Assembly: GCA_963778115.1 (NCBI GenBank)
Contig: CAVZSV010000004.1
Location: 1,760,001-1,824,000 of the forward strand
Source of the DNA: an uncultured delta proteobacterium
Lineage (GTDB): Bacteria > Bdellovibrionota > FAC87 > UBA2466
Length of the DNA stretch: 64,000 bases
Direction of reading: 5' to 3'
The position numbers and the translations under genes are program-made. Numbering within the stretch: the first letter of the stretch is position 1; each line of letters opens with the position of its first letter. The notes beneath the pieces are model-generated. The model searched no databases and was not told the DNA's origin. It saw nothing but the letters and a program-made list of their open reading frames with translations. Below, one piece after another: positions 40,223-50,327 of the stretch.

Positions 40223-40906
40223 TCACTTGGTCGCTAAAGGTGCGTACACATCGGAGGTGAGTCTTCCGTAGAAGGAGACAAATCTTTTGCCACACGCCCC
40301 GGCCCCCATTCGGTTGTAGTGGCCGTCGTATTTTATTCCATTAACTCGATAATAACCGGCCATCTGATCCGCATGAGTCCAGTCACTCTTTTCGGGTTTT
40401 CCCCATCCTCGGACCGCATCTTCTGGGGTTTCATAAGGACCGGGGGCGGTATTGTCCCATGCTTGGCCCTTAAAGCCAGCCTCTTTTGCCCGTTGATTTC
40501 CCCACTTGCCATTAAACTGGTGGTCAGCCGAGCAAGCGGCCTCTCGCGATGCTTTCATCAGGGCCGGATCGACTTTCATCGGCGGAAGATGCTTCTTGTC
40601 TCTTCTCCATAGGTTGGTCGTGAGTACCATACTAAGCTCCGCTGCGCTCAAAGGAGGGATCATGGAGTCGGACTCGTCAAAAACTCCGGCAGCTCTTTGC
40701 CAGGCTTCCATCTCTTGTAATTTTTCTTTGGACCAGACCAAAGTATACGTCTGCGGCCCGTCATAACTGTCCGTGGTCACCAAACCCGATGATAAAGTCG
40801 ACCCGCTTGCGGTAGCCCGGCTCGGAGTGCTCACCAGATGAAAACCCACAGCGTATAAACTTACGGCGGCGTTAAACATGACAACCAGAAGTAGGAATTT
40901 ATTCAT
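40223..40906 (-). CDS. Secreted CAP/SCP-domain protein
   Basis: N.WR....L.P...D.ALM..S, H......RA..AGF, N.A.G...PE.AV.GW, H...M, MGAG. Confidence 0.75.
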   Translation of the reverse strand: MNKFLLLVVMFNAAVSLYAVGFHLVSTPSRATASGSTLSSGLVTTDSYDGPQTYTLVWSKEKLQEMEAWQRAAGVFDESDSMIPPLSAAELSMVLTTNLWRRDKKHLPPMKVDPALMKASREAACSADHQFNGKWGNQRAKEAGFKGQAWDNTAPGPYETPEDAVRGWGKPEKSDWTHADQMAGYYRVNGIKYDGHYNRMGAGACGKRFVSFYGRLTSDVYAPLATK

Positions 40907-40949
40907 GAGATCTCCCTATCAGGACCCTTTTTCACCTGTTTCAAGATAA

Positions 40950-41873
40950 TCAGATCGTGTAAAACTCTAAATGCCTTAGTCTCGATAAAACCTCAGTCGG
41001 AGTTTCCTTCCAGCGGCGGCGAGAATCGGTATAGTAAGCCGCTTCCGGTGATAACGTCTCTAAACCCGATGAAGCCAATAGATCTTTTCGGACAAAAAAG
41101 GCATTTACCCCTCTCGAGTCGGATGCCACCAAGCCGTAACCCTTGCGTTCACCCAGCTTGTTCATCGCCGTGAGTGAAGCGCCTGAGTAATATCCGGAAA
41201 AATGCTTCTTAAAACGATCGAAATTTTCCTCGTAGGGGACGGTCAGAGAGAGAACGGGCCCAAAATCGCCATTGTATTCGATTACCACCAATCGGGGGCG
41301 GATACAATTGATGGCCTCCCATAGCCAATAGTCATAACTGTCTATATCGATAGATAAGAGATCGATTTCACCTGCGAAGGAATGATTCGTTAGAAGTTCG
41401 TTGATATTTCTCGGACTCGCGAACGCTTGAATCACTTTCACTCTGCCCGGAGCCTCTTTTGCATAGCGCTTCTTTGCCGAACGCGCCAAACTATCACTTC
41501 CCTCGATCACAAGCCCGGTCCATCCCTTTGCGCAGGAGAGAAGCCGAGTGTTACATTCGGTACCGTCTTCGATGCCTATTTCGACGAACCGTTTGGACGG
41601 GGCTTCAATTCGTGAGAAAAGAAAATCGATGAGTCCGTCTTCGCCATTTTGTGAATAGGTTCGGCTCTCCTTAGAACGGATGAGATCTCTCTGTGGCAAG
41701 TCTTCTATCTGAGTATCGGATAACGAGACAAAGCTATTCTCAAATTGGGGAGGCGACACTCTTGCGATTATCTTCACCAGAAAGATAACCACCGACGATG
41801 GAAGAATTTTTCGGAGAAGGCATTTGAACCACTGAAGGGCAATGAACCCCTTTTTCATCATTTTAGTTTCCAT
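40950..41873 (-). CDS. FkbM-like SAM-dependent methyltransferase of glycan loci
   Basis: YSQNGEDG, FVEIG..DG.ECNT, W.GL.IEG, DLLSIDID..DYW, IEYN, GASL.A, G.NAFFV. Confidence 0.8.
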   Translation of the reverse strand: METKMMKKGFIALQWFKCLLRKILPSSVVIFLVKIIARVSPPQFENSFVSLSDTQIEDLPQRDLIRSKESRTYSQNGEDGLIDFLFSRIEAPSKRFVEIGIEDGTECNTRLLSCAKGWTGLVIEGSDSLARSAKKRYAKEAPGRVKVIQAFASPRNINELLTNHSFAGEIDLLSIDIDSYDYWLWEAINCIRPRLVVIEYNGDFGPVLSLTVPYEENFDRFKKHFSGYYSGASLTAMNKLGERKGYGLVASDSRGVNAFFVRKDLLASSGLETLSPEAAYYTDSRRRWKETPTEVLSRLRHLEFYTI

Positions 41874-41900
41874 TCTTTATCCTATTTTCCGGGCTTTGGA

Positions 41901-42887
41901 TCATGCACTGTCTCGCATTTTAGAAAGCTCCGGATGAAGGTTTTGGGGCAGGTGGGAAACGCCTTTAGCTCGAACGCCCAAACGCCCAAGACCCATCTGA
42001 ACAAATAGAGGGACTAAAAAGATTAGCTCACTGGCCACCGAGCCTAGTCGGAGCACCAACACGATCCAGATCGCCTGAGTCGAAGCGAAGTGTGCTCTTA
42101 GCAAGGAGAGAAATATTCCCTCCCGAATACCGATGCCGGCGGGAACGATAAGACTCGCCGCCCCCCCCAAAGTCGCTATGAAATGACAGGAGAGCACGAA
42201 GAACAGCTCTTTCCACGGAACCGCGACCCCCAACATTCCTAAGGACGCCAAACAGCAGGCACACTCAATCACCCAACCGAAAACAATTTGGGTGATTAAC
42301 GCAATGAGAAGTAAGGGAAAGGATATCGAGTCGTTTTGAGACGGCCCTTTATAGAGGCCCACCCATTTCGCCATCTGCAATAGCCATCCGCGCCGAAAAC
42401 AGTACAAGCCCAGTATGACGAACAGCGCTCCCACACAGAAAGGGATGAAAGATGTCGTAAGCATCGTGATGCCAGGGAGTGCGGCCAAAAACCCACCCAT
42501 GTAGTTAATCACGATCAAAACGAACAGACTGTAAGCAGAGTTGATACGCTGATCGTCTCGTTCGGTTGCTTGGTGCATATTCACAAACTGGAGTGCCTTA
42601 CCCGCGGGAACGTAGTGACAGGCGGCAGCCGCTCCGTAGGCGAAATAGCCCCGACTCAGACTCACCTCACCGCTTTTGCGGTTGGTGATAAACCACCAAC
42701 AGAAGAACTGAACGAGAGAGGCCATGACAAAGAGACAGAGGATTACACCGGCCAAGGAGGGATAGCGAACGAGAAGGCGCCAGTCGACACTGTGTCCTAG
42801 TTGACGAAGCAAAAACCCTAAATAGACGAGACCGGCTCCAAAGAGCAAGCGGCTGATAGACTGGGATTTGCGGCTGGACCATCTCAT
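41901..42887 (-). CDS. Lysylphosphatidylglycerol-synthase-like / flippase-like membrane protein
   Basis: Y.P.GK, PAGIGIREG and LR motifs. Probable start is ATG 42887 (ATGA overlap with the GT4 stop). Confidence 0.8.
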   Translation of the reverse strand: MRWSSRKSQSISRLLFGAGLVYLGFLLRQLGHSVDWRLLVRYPSLAGVILCLFVMASLVQFFCWWFITNRKSGEVSLSRGYFAYGAAAACHYVPAGKALQFVNMHQATERDDQRINSAYSLFVLIVINYMGGFLAALPGITMLTTSFIPFCVGALFVILGLYCFRRGWLLQMAKWVGLYKGPSQNDSISFPLLLIALITQIVFGWVIECACCLASLGMLGVAVPWKELFFVLSCHFIATLGGAASLIVPAGIGIREGIFLSLLRAHFASTQAIWIVLVLRLGSVASELIFLVPLFVQMGLGRLGVRAKGVSHLPQNLHPELSKMRDSA

Positions 42888-44170
42888 GCAGCGGCCGCTA
42901 ATGATAGGAGGTGGCTGTCGCAATGAGTTTCAATTTCCTGCAGATATCTATCCACAATAACCTCCCATCGATAGTGGGAAATCACGTGGGCCCTCGCTTG
43001 ATTTTTAAATTCCACCAATTGACTCCCTTGGAAAGATAGGACTCTACAAAGCTTAGCGGCTAAGTCCTTCGCATCTGCGACCCGAAAGTAGTACGCGCCC
43101 ATGCCATCAACGATCGCCCCTACGTTACCGCCAACGTAACTAAGCACGGCGGGAGTTCCACAAGCCATGGCTTCGAACGCAGCTGTCGCCGAGCCCTCGG
43201 TATCCCCCTTTTCATCGATGCAGGAGGGGAGAACGAAAACACAGCAAGATCGCAGAAGTATTACCAACTCAGATTCAGGAACGAACCCAGGGAGAGAAAC
43301 CCGATCTTCGAGATGCCACTCTGAGCGCTTCCGGGCTATCTCGTCGTACAGCGGGCCTCGTCCTCCTAAGAGGAGAACCACATCTTGGTCACTTTCGGAC
43401 AGCCATCTCATGGCTTCCATAACAAAACGATGGCCTTTGCGAGCGACCATCCGACCGCTGAAGAAGATAAAACGTTTTCCGTAGACTCCATATTTTCGTA
43501 AGACCTCTGGATCAGCGGATCCTGGACTGTAATACGCGATGTCGATACCATCGGGAATCAAAGCGACGTCGGTGCGGCCCGTGAGAGATCGAACTGCGTC
43601 TACCGTAGCTTGACTTATTCCCGCCACCACGTCAGCTCTTGTCGCCGCAAAGGTTAGAAACCGACGGGTCCACCCGAGACGTCCCTGTTGTACGGGAAAA
43701 AGTTCCGCTCCGTAAGCAGTAATAACGACCGGCCGCCCCGTAAAAAATTTGAGAAGCACTCCGAGAAAACCGTTGGGAAACAGCCAATGCGCGTTGATCA
43801 AATCGATCTTGAATCGGCGAATAAGTCGAAATGCGGTAAGAAGCATCGACGTAAAATAGAAAGGCACTTGAATCTGGTTCCTCAATTTTCGAATATTCTC
43901 TGGGATCCCGGCACCTGCCGTTAGTGTTTCCAGTCCGGGAAAGAAGTAGTGAAAGCGATGAACCTCAATTCCTTCGATCTGAGATGCGGCCCGCTCTCCT
44001 GGCTCGTGGTTGGTAACCACAAAAACCCGAAAACCTCGTCGAAGAAGGCCCTTCGCCATGTCATGTACAAATTTGCCTCGGACCACCTGGGCGCCGTTGA
44101 GATTGCTAAAATCGGATTCCCTCGGATAGGAGGTGGTCAGAATACAGACGGAAGGCTTTGTTTGCGACAT
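42884..44170 (-). CDS. GT4 family glycosyltransferase
   Basis: AHW.FP.G, GR...RKG, FVLPS..D..GDTEG and EAMACG.P motifs. Confidence 0.93.
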   Translation of the reverse strand: MSQTKPSVCILTTSYPRESDFSNLNGAQVVRGKFVHDMAKGLLRRGFRVFVVTNHEPGERAASQIEGIEVHRFHYFFPGLETLTAGAGIPENIRKLRNQIQVPFYFTSMLLTAFRLIRRFKIDLINAHWLFPNGFLGVLLKFFTGRPVVITAYGAELFPVQQGRLGWTRRFLTFAATRADVVAGISQATVDAVRSLTGRTDVALIPDGIDIAYYSPGSADPEVLRKYGVYGKRFIFFSGRMVARKGHRFVMEAMRWLSESDQDVVLLLGGRGPLYDEIARKRSEWHLEDRVSLPGFVPESELVILLRSCCVFVLPSCIDEKGDTEGSATAAFEAMACGTPAVLSYVGGNVGAIVDGMGAYYFRVADAKDLAAKLCRVLSFQGSQLVEFKNQARAHVISHYRWEVIVDRYLQEIETHCDSHLLSLAAAA

Positions 44171-44172
44171 GC

Positions 44173-45318
44173 CTACTCCATACAGTGAAATCGTAAACGC
44201 TCGCAGATGTATTCAAGATCGGAGGAATCTAGACCTGCGTGCGTGGGGAGGCTAATTCCCCTCAATCCCACCGAGGTCGAGACTGGAAAATCGCCCGAGG
44301 GTGATTCATAAGGAGGCATCATGAAGATCGGATAGAATATGGGGCGGGTCTCAATACCATCCGTGTCCATTCGTTTCATCACTTCATCACGACTCAACTT
44401 GCATTTCGAATTTATCAGAACCGTGAACATCCAGTAGCAGTGCTTCGATTCCACCCTCTCTACCGGCAAGGTCAACACCGACTCTGTTCCCTTGAGAAAT
44501 TCCCGATAGCTCTTTGCAATCTCTTGGCGTTTATTGAGGTGCCAATCGATCGATTCCAATTGGCCTAAGCCGATCGCCGCTTGAATATTGGTCATTCGGT
44601 AGTTGTACCCTACCACGTCATGCCAATAACGACGCTGCGGGGACATCCCCTGATTGCGAAATAGCTTCATCCTTTGGGAAAGCCACGGATCGTTGGTAGC
44701 AACCGCCCCCCCTTCCCCGGTAGTGATGATCTTATTTCCGAAAAAGCTAAAGGTACCCGCATCGCCGATGCTACCGGCGGGTTTTCCCTTGTAAACGGAT
44801 CCGTGTGCTTGAGCAGCATCTTCGATCACAAAAAGTCCCCGCATTTTAGCCAGCTCCATCACCGGATCCATGTCGACGGGCATTCCAAAGAGATGAACGA
44901 CGATAATGCCTTTTGTCCGTTTGGTAATTTTTTCTTCGATTTTTTTGGGGTCGATATTCCAAGTGTCGGGCTCACAATCCACAAACACCGGTGTCGCTCC
45001 ACAATAACGAACCGCATTGGCCGTAGCAATGTAGGTCAGAGCGGGGATAATCACTTCATCACCGGGTTTTAAACCCTTTGCCATCAAGGGAAGATGGAGT
45101 GCTGCGGTCCCGTTGAAACAGCAGACCACCTCTCGAGTGTGAAGATACTTTGCAAACGAGGTTTCAAATTTCTCGATATATTGTCCAGAGGATGAGACCC
45201 ATCCCGTATCGAGACAATCAAGGACATACTCTTTCTCTCGGCCATTGAATACGGGTTGCGCCACTGAAATCTTTTTGGACAAAAGCCTATCCGTGGCAAC
45301 ACGAGCTAAACGTTTCAT
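44173..45318 (-). CDS. DegT/DnrJ/EryC1/StrS aminotransferase, GDP-perosamine synthase-like
   Basis: GWVSS.G, NGTAALHL, IEDAAQAHG, FSFFGNKIITTGEGG and GYNYRMTNIQAAIG. Confidence 0.92.
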   Translation of the reverse strand: MKRLARVATDRLLSKKISVAQPVFNGREKEYVLDCLDTGWVSSSGQYIEKFETSFAKYLHTREVVCCFNGTAALHLPLMAKGLKPGDEVIIPALTYIATANAVRYCGATPVFVDCEPDTWNIDPKKIEEKITKRTKGIIVVHLFGMPVDMDPVMELAKMRGLFVIEDAAQAHGSVYKGKPAGSIGDAGTFSFFGNKIITTGEGGAVATNDPWLSQRMKLFRNQGMSPQRRYWHDVVGYNYRMTNIQAAIGLGQLESIDWHLNKRQEIAKSYREFLKGTESVLTLPVERVESKHCYWMFTVLINSKCKLSRDEVMKRMDTDGIETRPIFYPIFMMPPYESPSGDFPVSTSVGLRGISLPTHAGLDSSDLEYICERLRFHCME

Positions 45319-45613
45319 GGAATTAACTCTCTAAAATAAATTTTGTTTGAGAAGATGTCTGGCAGGAAAAACCGACTACCATAACATTATAGCCGAAGGC
45401 GCAATCGCTTTCATAGCCCGCTGAATCAAACCTCACCCCATAATTGATAAGAACGATATCCAAGCACTTCGGGCAGGCTATGTTTATAATTCTGGCTTTC
45501 CATACCTAACGCGCCGCGAGATAACCTTGAGTCTAAATAACGGCATCGGAGTCGCACGTTGCGAATTGAATCCTGGCCCTATAAAATTTCAGAAACGAAA
45601 TTCAGGAGCATTC

Positions 45614-47062
45614 ATGAGTGAGTTTAACTGCGGTTTTGAGACGATAGGAAACGCCACCATCCTCTGCCATGATGCCGGCCAGTCGATACTTGCCACCGAT
45701 CCGTGGATTCCTTTGGAATTGAATGGCGGGACATCAGCTTATTTCGGCAGCTGGACACTCTCTCACGAGATTCCCGAGCCGCAGTACCAATCTATCCGTG
45801 ACGCAAAGTATGTTTGGTTTTCCCACGGCCATCCCGATCATCTCAATCCCGAATCACTTTCCTTATTTCGAGAAGCGAAGATTCTCTTACCCGACCATTT
45901 CGGCAAACGAATTTATGATGATCTAAAGCGGGATGGCTTTGATGTCACAGTTCTTCCCGATTTCAAATGGACTGCGCTCTCTAATCGAATCCGGGTACTC
46001 AATATTTCGAACCATAATCAGGACGCTATCCTGCTTATCGATATTAACGGCAGATTGGTACTCAATTTGAATGACGCCTTCGATACAGGGTGGGGCCGCT
46101 TAGTACGAAAAGAAATAAAGAAATATCCTATCTCCTTCTTGGCGAGCATCAGCGGTTATGGCGATGCGGACATGTTCAATTTTTTCGACGAGCAAGGAAA
46201 CTCCAACTTGCCCGAATATATCCTCAAGAAGCCCCCTATTGGTAAGGTGATGGCTCGCCGAACCGATAGCTTCGGAGCGAAATACTTTATCCCTTTTAGT
46301 TCACTGCACCGTTTTCAACGCACTGACAGTGCTTGGGCGAACGCCCATACGCCACGACTGGAAGACTATGCCAAAGGATATGATTCGAAGTCGTCTGAAA
46401 TTCTTCCGGCCTTTATCCGTTATAACTGCGAAACCGACGATCTAGAACTTATCCAGCCTAAAGCGACTAAGCCCATTCTCTATACGCCCGAAACTTTTGG
46501 CGATAACTGGAGCGATACCTTGGAAGCTAATGATTGTGACAAGCTATCGAAATATTTTTCACAGATTGAGAAATTAGGGCACGTTGTGGACTACATCCGT
46601 CTACGAGTTGGCGGGAAGGAGCACACTATAACGTTAGGCAAGGGAAACAACCGTCGAGGAATCACTCTCGAGGTACCTCGCAGCTCACTCATGAAAGCGG
46701 TCGAATATGAGATCTTCGATGATTTGCTTATCGGCAATTTTATGAAGACCTATCTCCATGGCGAATGGAAAGCGTCCCGACTCAATCCTGACTTTTCGCC
46801 CTTTATCGCCAAATATAGTGATAACGGTCGCGCCAAAAGCAAAGAGGAGGTCCGCGCCTATTTTGCCCATTACCGCAAGCGCATGCCGCTTGATTATCTA
46901 AGAGCGCAATTTCACAACCACGCCATACGCGTCATTACGGATCGCATCCCGACGAATTCACCGGTGCTCCCTCTGCTCAAGAAGACTTACTATTTCCTAG
47001 GAAGATCCTCGCGGAAGGGAAAGGCGGATCGAAATAGGTCAGGAATTACGAATCCGCTTTAA
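45614..47062 (+). CDS. Metallo-beta-lactamase-fold protein, CMP-Neu5Ac hydroxylase (CMAH)-like without a Rieske domain
   Basis: TDPW...AYFGSW.L.HE.P, SHGHPDHL, D.ILLI...G..VLN.ND, YFIPFSS. Probable start ATG 45614 with an AGGAG SD (track start 45527). Confidence 0.7.
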   Translation: MSEFNCGFETIGNATILCHDAGQSILATDPWIPLELNGGTSAYFGSWTLSHEIPEPQYQSIRDAKYVWFSHGHPDHLNPESLSLFREAKILLPDHFGKRIYDDLKRDGFDVTVLPDFKWTALSNRIRVLNISNHNQDAILLIDINGRLVLNLNDAFDTGWGRLVRKEIKKYPISFLASISGYGDADMFNFFDEQGNSNLPEYILKKPPIGKVMARRTDSFGAKYFIPFSSLHRFQRTDSAWANAHTPRLEDYAKGYDSKSSEILPAFIRYNCETDDLELIQPKATKPILYTPETFGDNWSDTLEANDCDKLSKYFSQIEKLGHVVDYIRLRVGGKEHTITLGKGNNRRGITLEVPRSSLMKAVEYEIFDDLLIGNFMKTYLHGEWKASRLNPDFSPFIAKYSDNGRAKSKEEVRAYFAHYRKRMPLDYLRAQFHNHAIRVITDRIPTNSPVLPLLKKTYYFLGRSSRKGKADRNRSGITNPL

Positions 47063-47660
47063 TGGCGGAGAAATCGAGGGATAAACGAAGTTTCTCGTCT
47101 AAAAGCTGAAAGAAATACGACTCACCGACTCCGTCACGTTTGGAAAGGTATTGGGCAATAATAAAACCGATGAGGGTTTTTTGAATGAAAGAAGCTAAAT
47201 CTCGGATGTCTCCTCGAACGGTAAACTGTCTTTCAGCAACTCCCACCGTGAGATAAGCATAGATTCTGTCCTCTCCAACGGCAAAAAGACGCTTTAGCAG
47301 ATCTTGCATAAATTTGCTGTGCGCGGTCTTGGCAATACTAAGCATCAAAACCGCCACTTGATCGGGATGGCGCTTAGCCCATAGGAAGTTTCCTTCGATA
47401 TGCGTCGATAGCCCTTCATAGGCAGTCTTCGGTTTTCGCTTTTCTAAGAGTTTTGTCACTACCAGATGATTCACTTCCGCGATGTATCCGGTGAGCGAAT
47501 CAAATAGGGTCTCCTGCTTAGGAAAATAGTAAAAAATTCCTGACTGGGCGACGCCCAGTTCGTCGGCAATGGCTTGAGCGTTGGTTCGCTCGATGCCAAG
47601 CTTACCGATGCATCGAATCGCCGCATCGAAGATTTCAGTTTTTTTATTTTTTTTTGGCAC
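47046..47660 (-). CDS. TetR/AcrR family transcriptional regulator
   Basis: I..AA......G......IA.ELGV....I.YYFP..E.L N-terminal HTH. Confidence 0.9.
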   Translation of the reverse strand: MPKKNKKTEIFDAAIRCIGKLGIERTNAQAIADELGVAQSGIFYYFPKQETLFDSLTGYIAEVNHLVVTKLLEKRKPKTAYEGLSTHIEGNFLWAKRHPDQVAVLMLSIAKTAHSKFMQDLLKRLFAVGEDRIYAYLTVGVAERQFTVRGDIRDLASFIQKTLIGFIIAQYLSKRDGVGESYFFQLLDEKLRLSLDFSAIKADS

Positions 47661-49083
47661 GTTCTATATCCGATTGAATTACCTTTACGATTTCTAGCTG
47701 GTCCGGTGTCAGATGGGAAGGATGCTCTAGCTGTCGCCGAACCATATTACCGACAAATTCATCTCTAGAAGCTCTCATGATGTAGGCGCCATTGGGCAAA
47801 CCAAAAACGTGAGGAAGCATTTCTAACACTTTAAATCCAAGCTCTTCGTATCCGACCCTAAGAAGGTCTCGTCCGACGTTGGGTGTGTAGGGAATCGTAG
47901 GATTCCTTTCTTCACTGGTTTGCTTAGCGGCCTGGGTTAACCATTCCATGCCAGGCGCCGCGAATACCACTTCCCATGCCGGACTGGCCTCCGGCGGCCT
48001 ATTGGGATCCGGGGGCAACGGAGAAAGCAGATAGACTGAGCGAATCGGACGAAGCGAAAGAAGTAAAGAAGTCCCGTAATAGAGCTGAGTCCGAGCGGTT
48101 GGTGCACTTCCCGCAGGGTTATTAAACCTTCCCAGCTCCGCCACCTCCAGGGCTTCTGAGGGAAGATTGCGTCTGCGAAAATCGAGAAGCATCTTAAGGA
48201 GGCTTGCGACATCCCTTTTTCCATAACCTTCGATCACTGTCGCCATATAGATCTTGTGCTTAAAGAAAAATCCGTCGGAGAAAAGTCCCGGATACTGGGC
48301 AGAGTATTTTTTGGAATCGTGCTCGGGAATAGCTCTTTCCGTATGTGCTTCAAGCGGCAAGACCCCCCAATGATCCATAGAGCTTTTAAGATAGAAAGGG
48401 GCCGCCAATACTTCATCCCCGTCAAAGCCAAACCGAGCGTCTAATTGTCTATAGAGAAGAAGGCTAGAAGAACTAAGAGGGCTTTCTAACGAATATCGAG
48501 GCCAGGGACCGTCGGGAGTCATGTACGGATCGTAATAGGTGATTTTTGCGGACGCGCGAATGATCTTTGCACCGAGCCTTGTCTCTGCCAGAACCCAACC
48601 CGAGTCGGGAACGCTAATATGATCCCCACGAAAGAGCTGATCACTCAGTACCGGGCTCAAACTCAACTTACTTCCCATTCGGTCGATTAACGGAGCCAAG
48701 TTATCGTGCATCGCCTCCCAAAGAGGAAAGACCGGAGAGAACATAAAGTCCTGTCCCCAACCGCCTGAGAGGGTAACAGACGATTCCGATTGTCCTGAGG
48801 GAACCGATATCCCTTTCATCAAAGCGATTAGCTCGGGATGCTCGTTAATAAATTCATAACGCGATTGGATTAAGTTCGGATCCAAGCCTTGAAGACGGGT
48901 TAGGTTGGATACCCAACCGGAAAATTGGCGACGGGAGGAAAAAAAATTGTCCTGACCTAGACGATAGAGGTCATTCACAACGCGAGCGGAACAACCCGAT
49001 CGCTTCCAAAGAAAACCAGCATCCGCCGCTGGGGTTATCGCCAACAGAGTCGTTAGGATTATGAGTACTACCGCGTTTCGCAC
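47644..49083 (-). CDS. Secreted hypothetical protein; C-terminal region possibly GNAT/FeeM-like
   Basis: Signal peptide. LPLE, EVAELGRF and Y..LGF.V are reminiscent of N-acyl amino acid synthase-type GNATs. Confidence 0.55.
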   Translation of the reverse strand: MRNAVVLIILTTLLAITPAADAGFLWKRSGCSARVVNDLYRLGQDNFFSSRRQFSGWVSNLTRLQGLDPNLIQSRYEFINEHPELIALMKGISVPSGQSESSVTLSGGWGQDFMFSPVFPLWEAMHDNLAPLIDRMGSKLSLSPVLSDQLFRGDHISVPDSGWVLAETRLGAKIIRASAKITYYDPYMTPDGPWPRYSLESPLSSSSLLLYRQLDARFGFDGDEVLAAPFYLKSSMDHWGVLPLEAHTERAIPEHDSKKYSAQYPGLFSDGFFFKHKIYMATVIEGYGKRDVASLLKMLLDFRRRNLPSEALEVAELGRFNNPAGSAPTARTQLYYGTSLLLSLRPIRSVYLLSPLPPDPNRPPEASPAWEVVFAAPGMEWLTQAAKQTSEERNPTIPYTPNVGRDLLRVGYEELGFKVLEMLPHVFGLPNGAYIMRASRDEFVGNMVRRQLEHPSHLTPDQLEIVKVIQSDIERAKKK

Positions 49084-49284
49084 AAGGAGCGGTTTTATAC
49101 CACATCTGGCATTCCGGAGCCGATGATCATTTTACTTCAAAATAACTCTTTAAAACTTTCCCTTATATTTTATGTAGTTATGTCGTAAATGCTGATTAAT
49201 TACTCAAAATTTAGGTAGTATTTAAACAAATAAATTGACAGTCTACAAAGCAAAAATTAAGCCGGGGAGCAGGAGGAGATTTCG

Positions 49285-50310
49285 ATGCGACTAGTTAACA
49301 TTAGCTCACGCTCTTTGTGGTTATGGCTGATGGTGTTTTGTTTTTCTCTAAACCCTCCCGCGGCGACCGCCGGTTGTGCCCAATGGATCTGCTGGCTCTT
49401 TCAGACAAGACCCCAGGGGAGAAGCCAGCAAAGCCTAGATCTTGAAACCATTCGGGTGAATCGGAAACTCGCCATTGAAGAGCGCCAAGCCGCCATCCAC
49501 CAGTACTCGGCTCCGCAACGAAAAACATGGAAACAAAAGTCCTTTGTCCTAGCGGATTGGGCACTCGCAACTCTACTCGGCACAAGAGTGCTAATGGGAC
49601 TCCCTTCCGACTCCGAGACGATTCTAACGACACTGGCATTAGTTCCGCCCACTCTATTTGCCGCCGATTTCGCCTCTCAACTTTTCCACAAATGGCTCGA
49701 TAGCTATGCCAGTGAACAAAACTGCATTTGGGGTGCGGGAGCCAGAGAGTTTCGTAAGCACCACGAATTTCCTGATAACTTGAATCATGTCGACCCGCTC
49801 AGTCACATCACCGCGTTCGGCCCGGTAATGATGCCTTTTTTCATCGGAGCGAATTTCGTCGATTGGAGTCCCGAGTGGGGCGCTTCGGTATGGCTTTTTC
49901 TCATGGCAGGTTTACACGCTACCGAATTTCATCGGCAAGCTCATCTCAAGGAGCCCAATGTTCTCTTTAGGTGGCTGCAGACGGCTAGAGTTGCGATCTC
50001 GCACGAAGCACATATGAAACATCACGGACGCCCCTTCGACGGTGAATTTGCGATCTTAAACGGCTGGTCGAACGCATTCGCACGTCGCCTCGACCTATGG
50101 AGACGCCTTGATCTCTTATTTTGGAAAGTTACCAGAACGATGCCGCACAATTGGGTTCAGGATCCCAGTTCCATTCCGCCCGAGGTATTGACCGACTTAC
50201 AAGAGGCGCTCGATGAAATTCCAGCCGAAATCGAAGATGTCGCTGAAACTTACCCTTCTCGAGTACCTGCAGAAGTCAGAGAACTTCTCCTAAAAGCCCA
50301 CGCCGAATGA
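49285..50310 (+). CDS. CarF/TMEM189 (PEDS1)/FAD4-family lipid desaturase
   Basis: ADF.S..FH..LD.Y, FR.HH..P, FH..AH, LQ......H..H..HH..PFD..F.I.NGW.N histidine motifs; strong SD. Confidence 0.88.
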   Translation: MRLVNISSRSLWLWLMVFCFSLNPPAATAGCAQWICWLFQTRPQGRSQQSLDLETIRVNRKLAIEERQAAIHQYSAPQRKTWKQKSFVLADWALATLLGTRVLMGLPSDSETILTTLALVPPTLFAADFASQLFHKWLDSYASEQNCIWGAGAREFRKHHEFPDNLNHVDPLSHITAFGPVMMPFFIGANFVDWSPEWGASVWLFLMAGLHATEFHRQAHLKEPNVLFRWLQTARVAISHEAHMKHHGRPFDGEFAILNGWSNAFARRLDLWRRLDLLFWKVTRTMPHNWVQDPSSIPPEVLTDLQEALDEIPAEIEDVAETYPSRVPAEVRELLLKAHAE

Positions 50311-50327
50311 GTACCGACCGAAATCTC

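Noticed and set aside
49084..49284. AT-rich stretch as a possible replication origin or island boundary
   Set aside because: No DnaA-box array, att site or repeat; best explained as a divergent promoter region.
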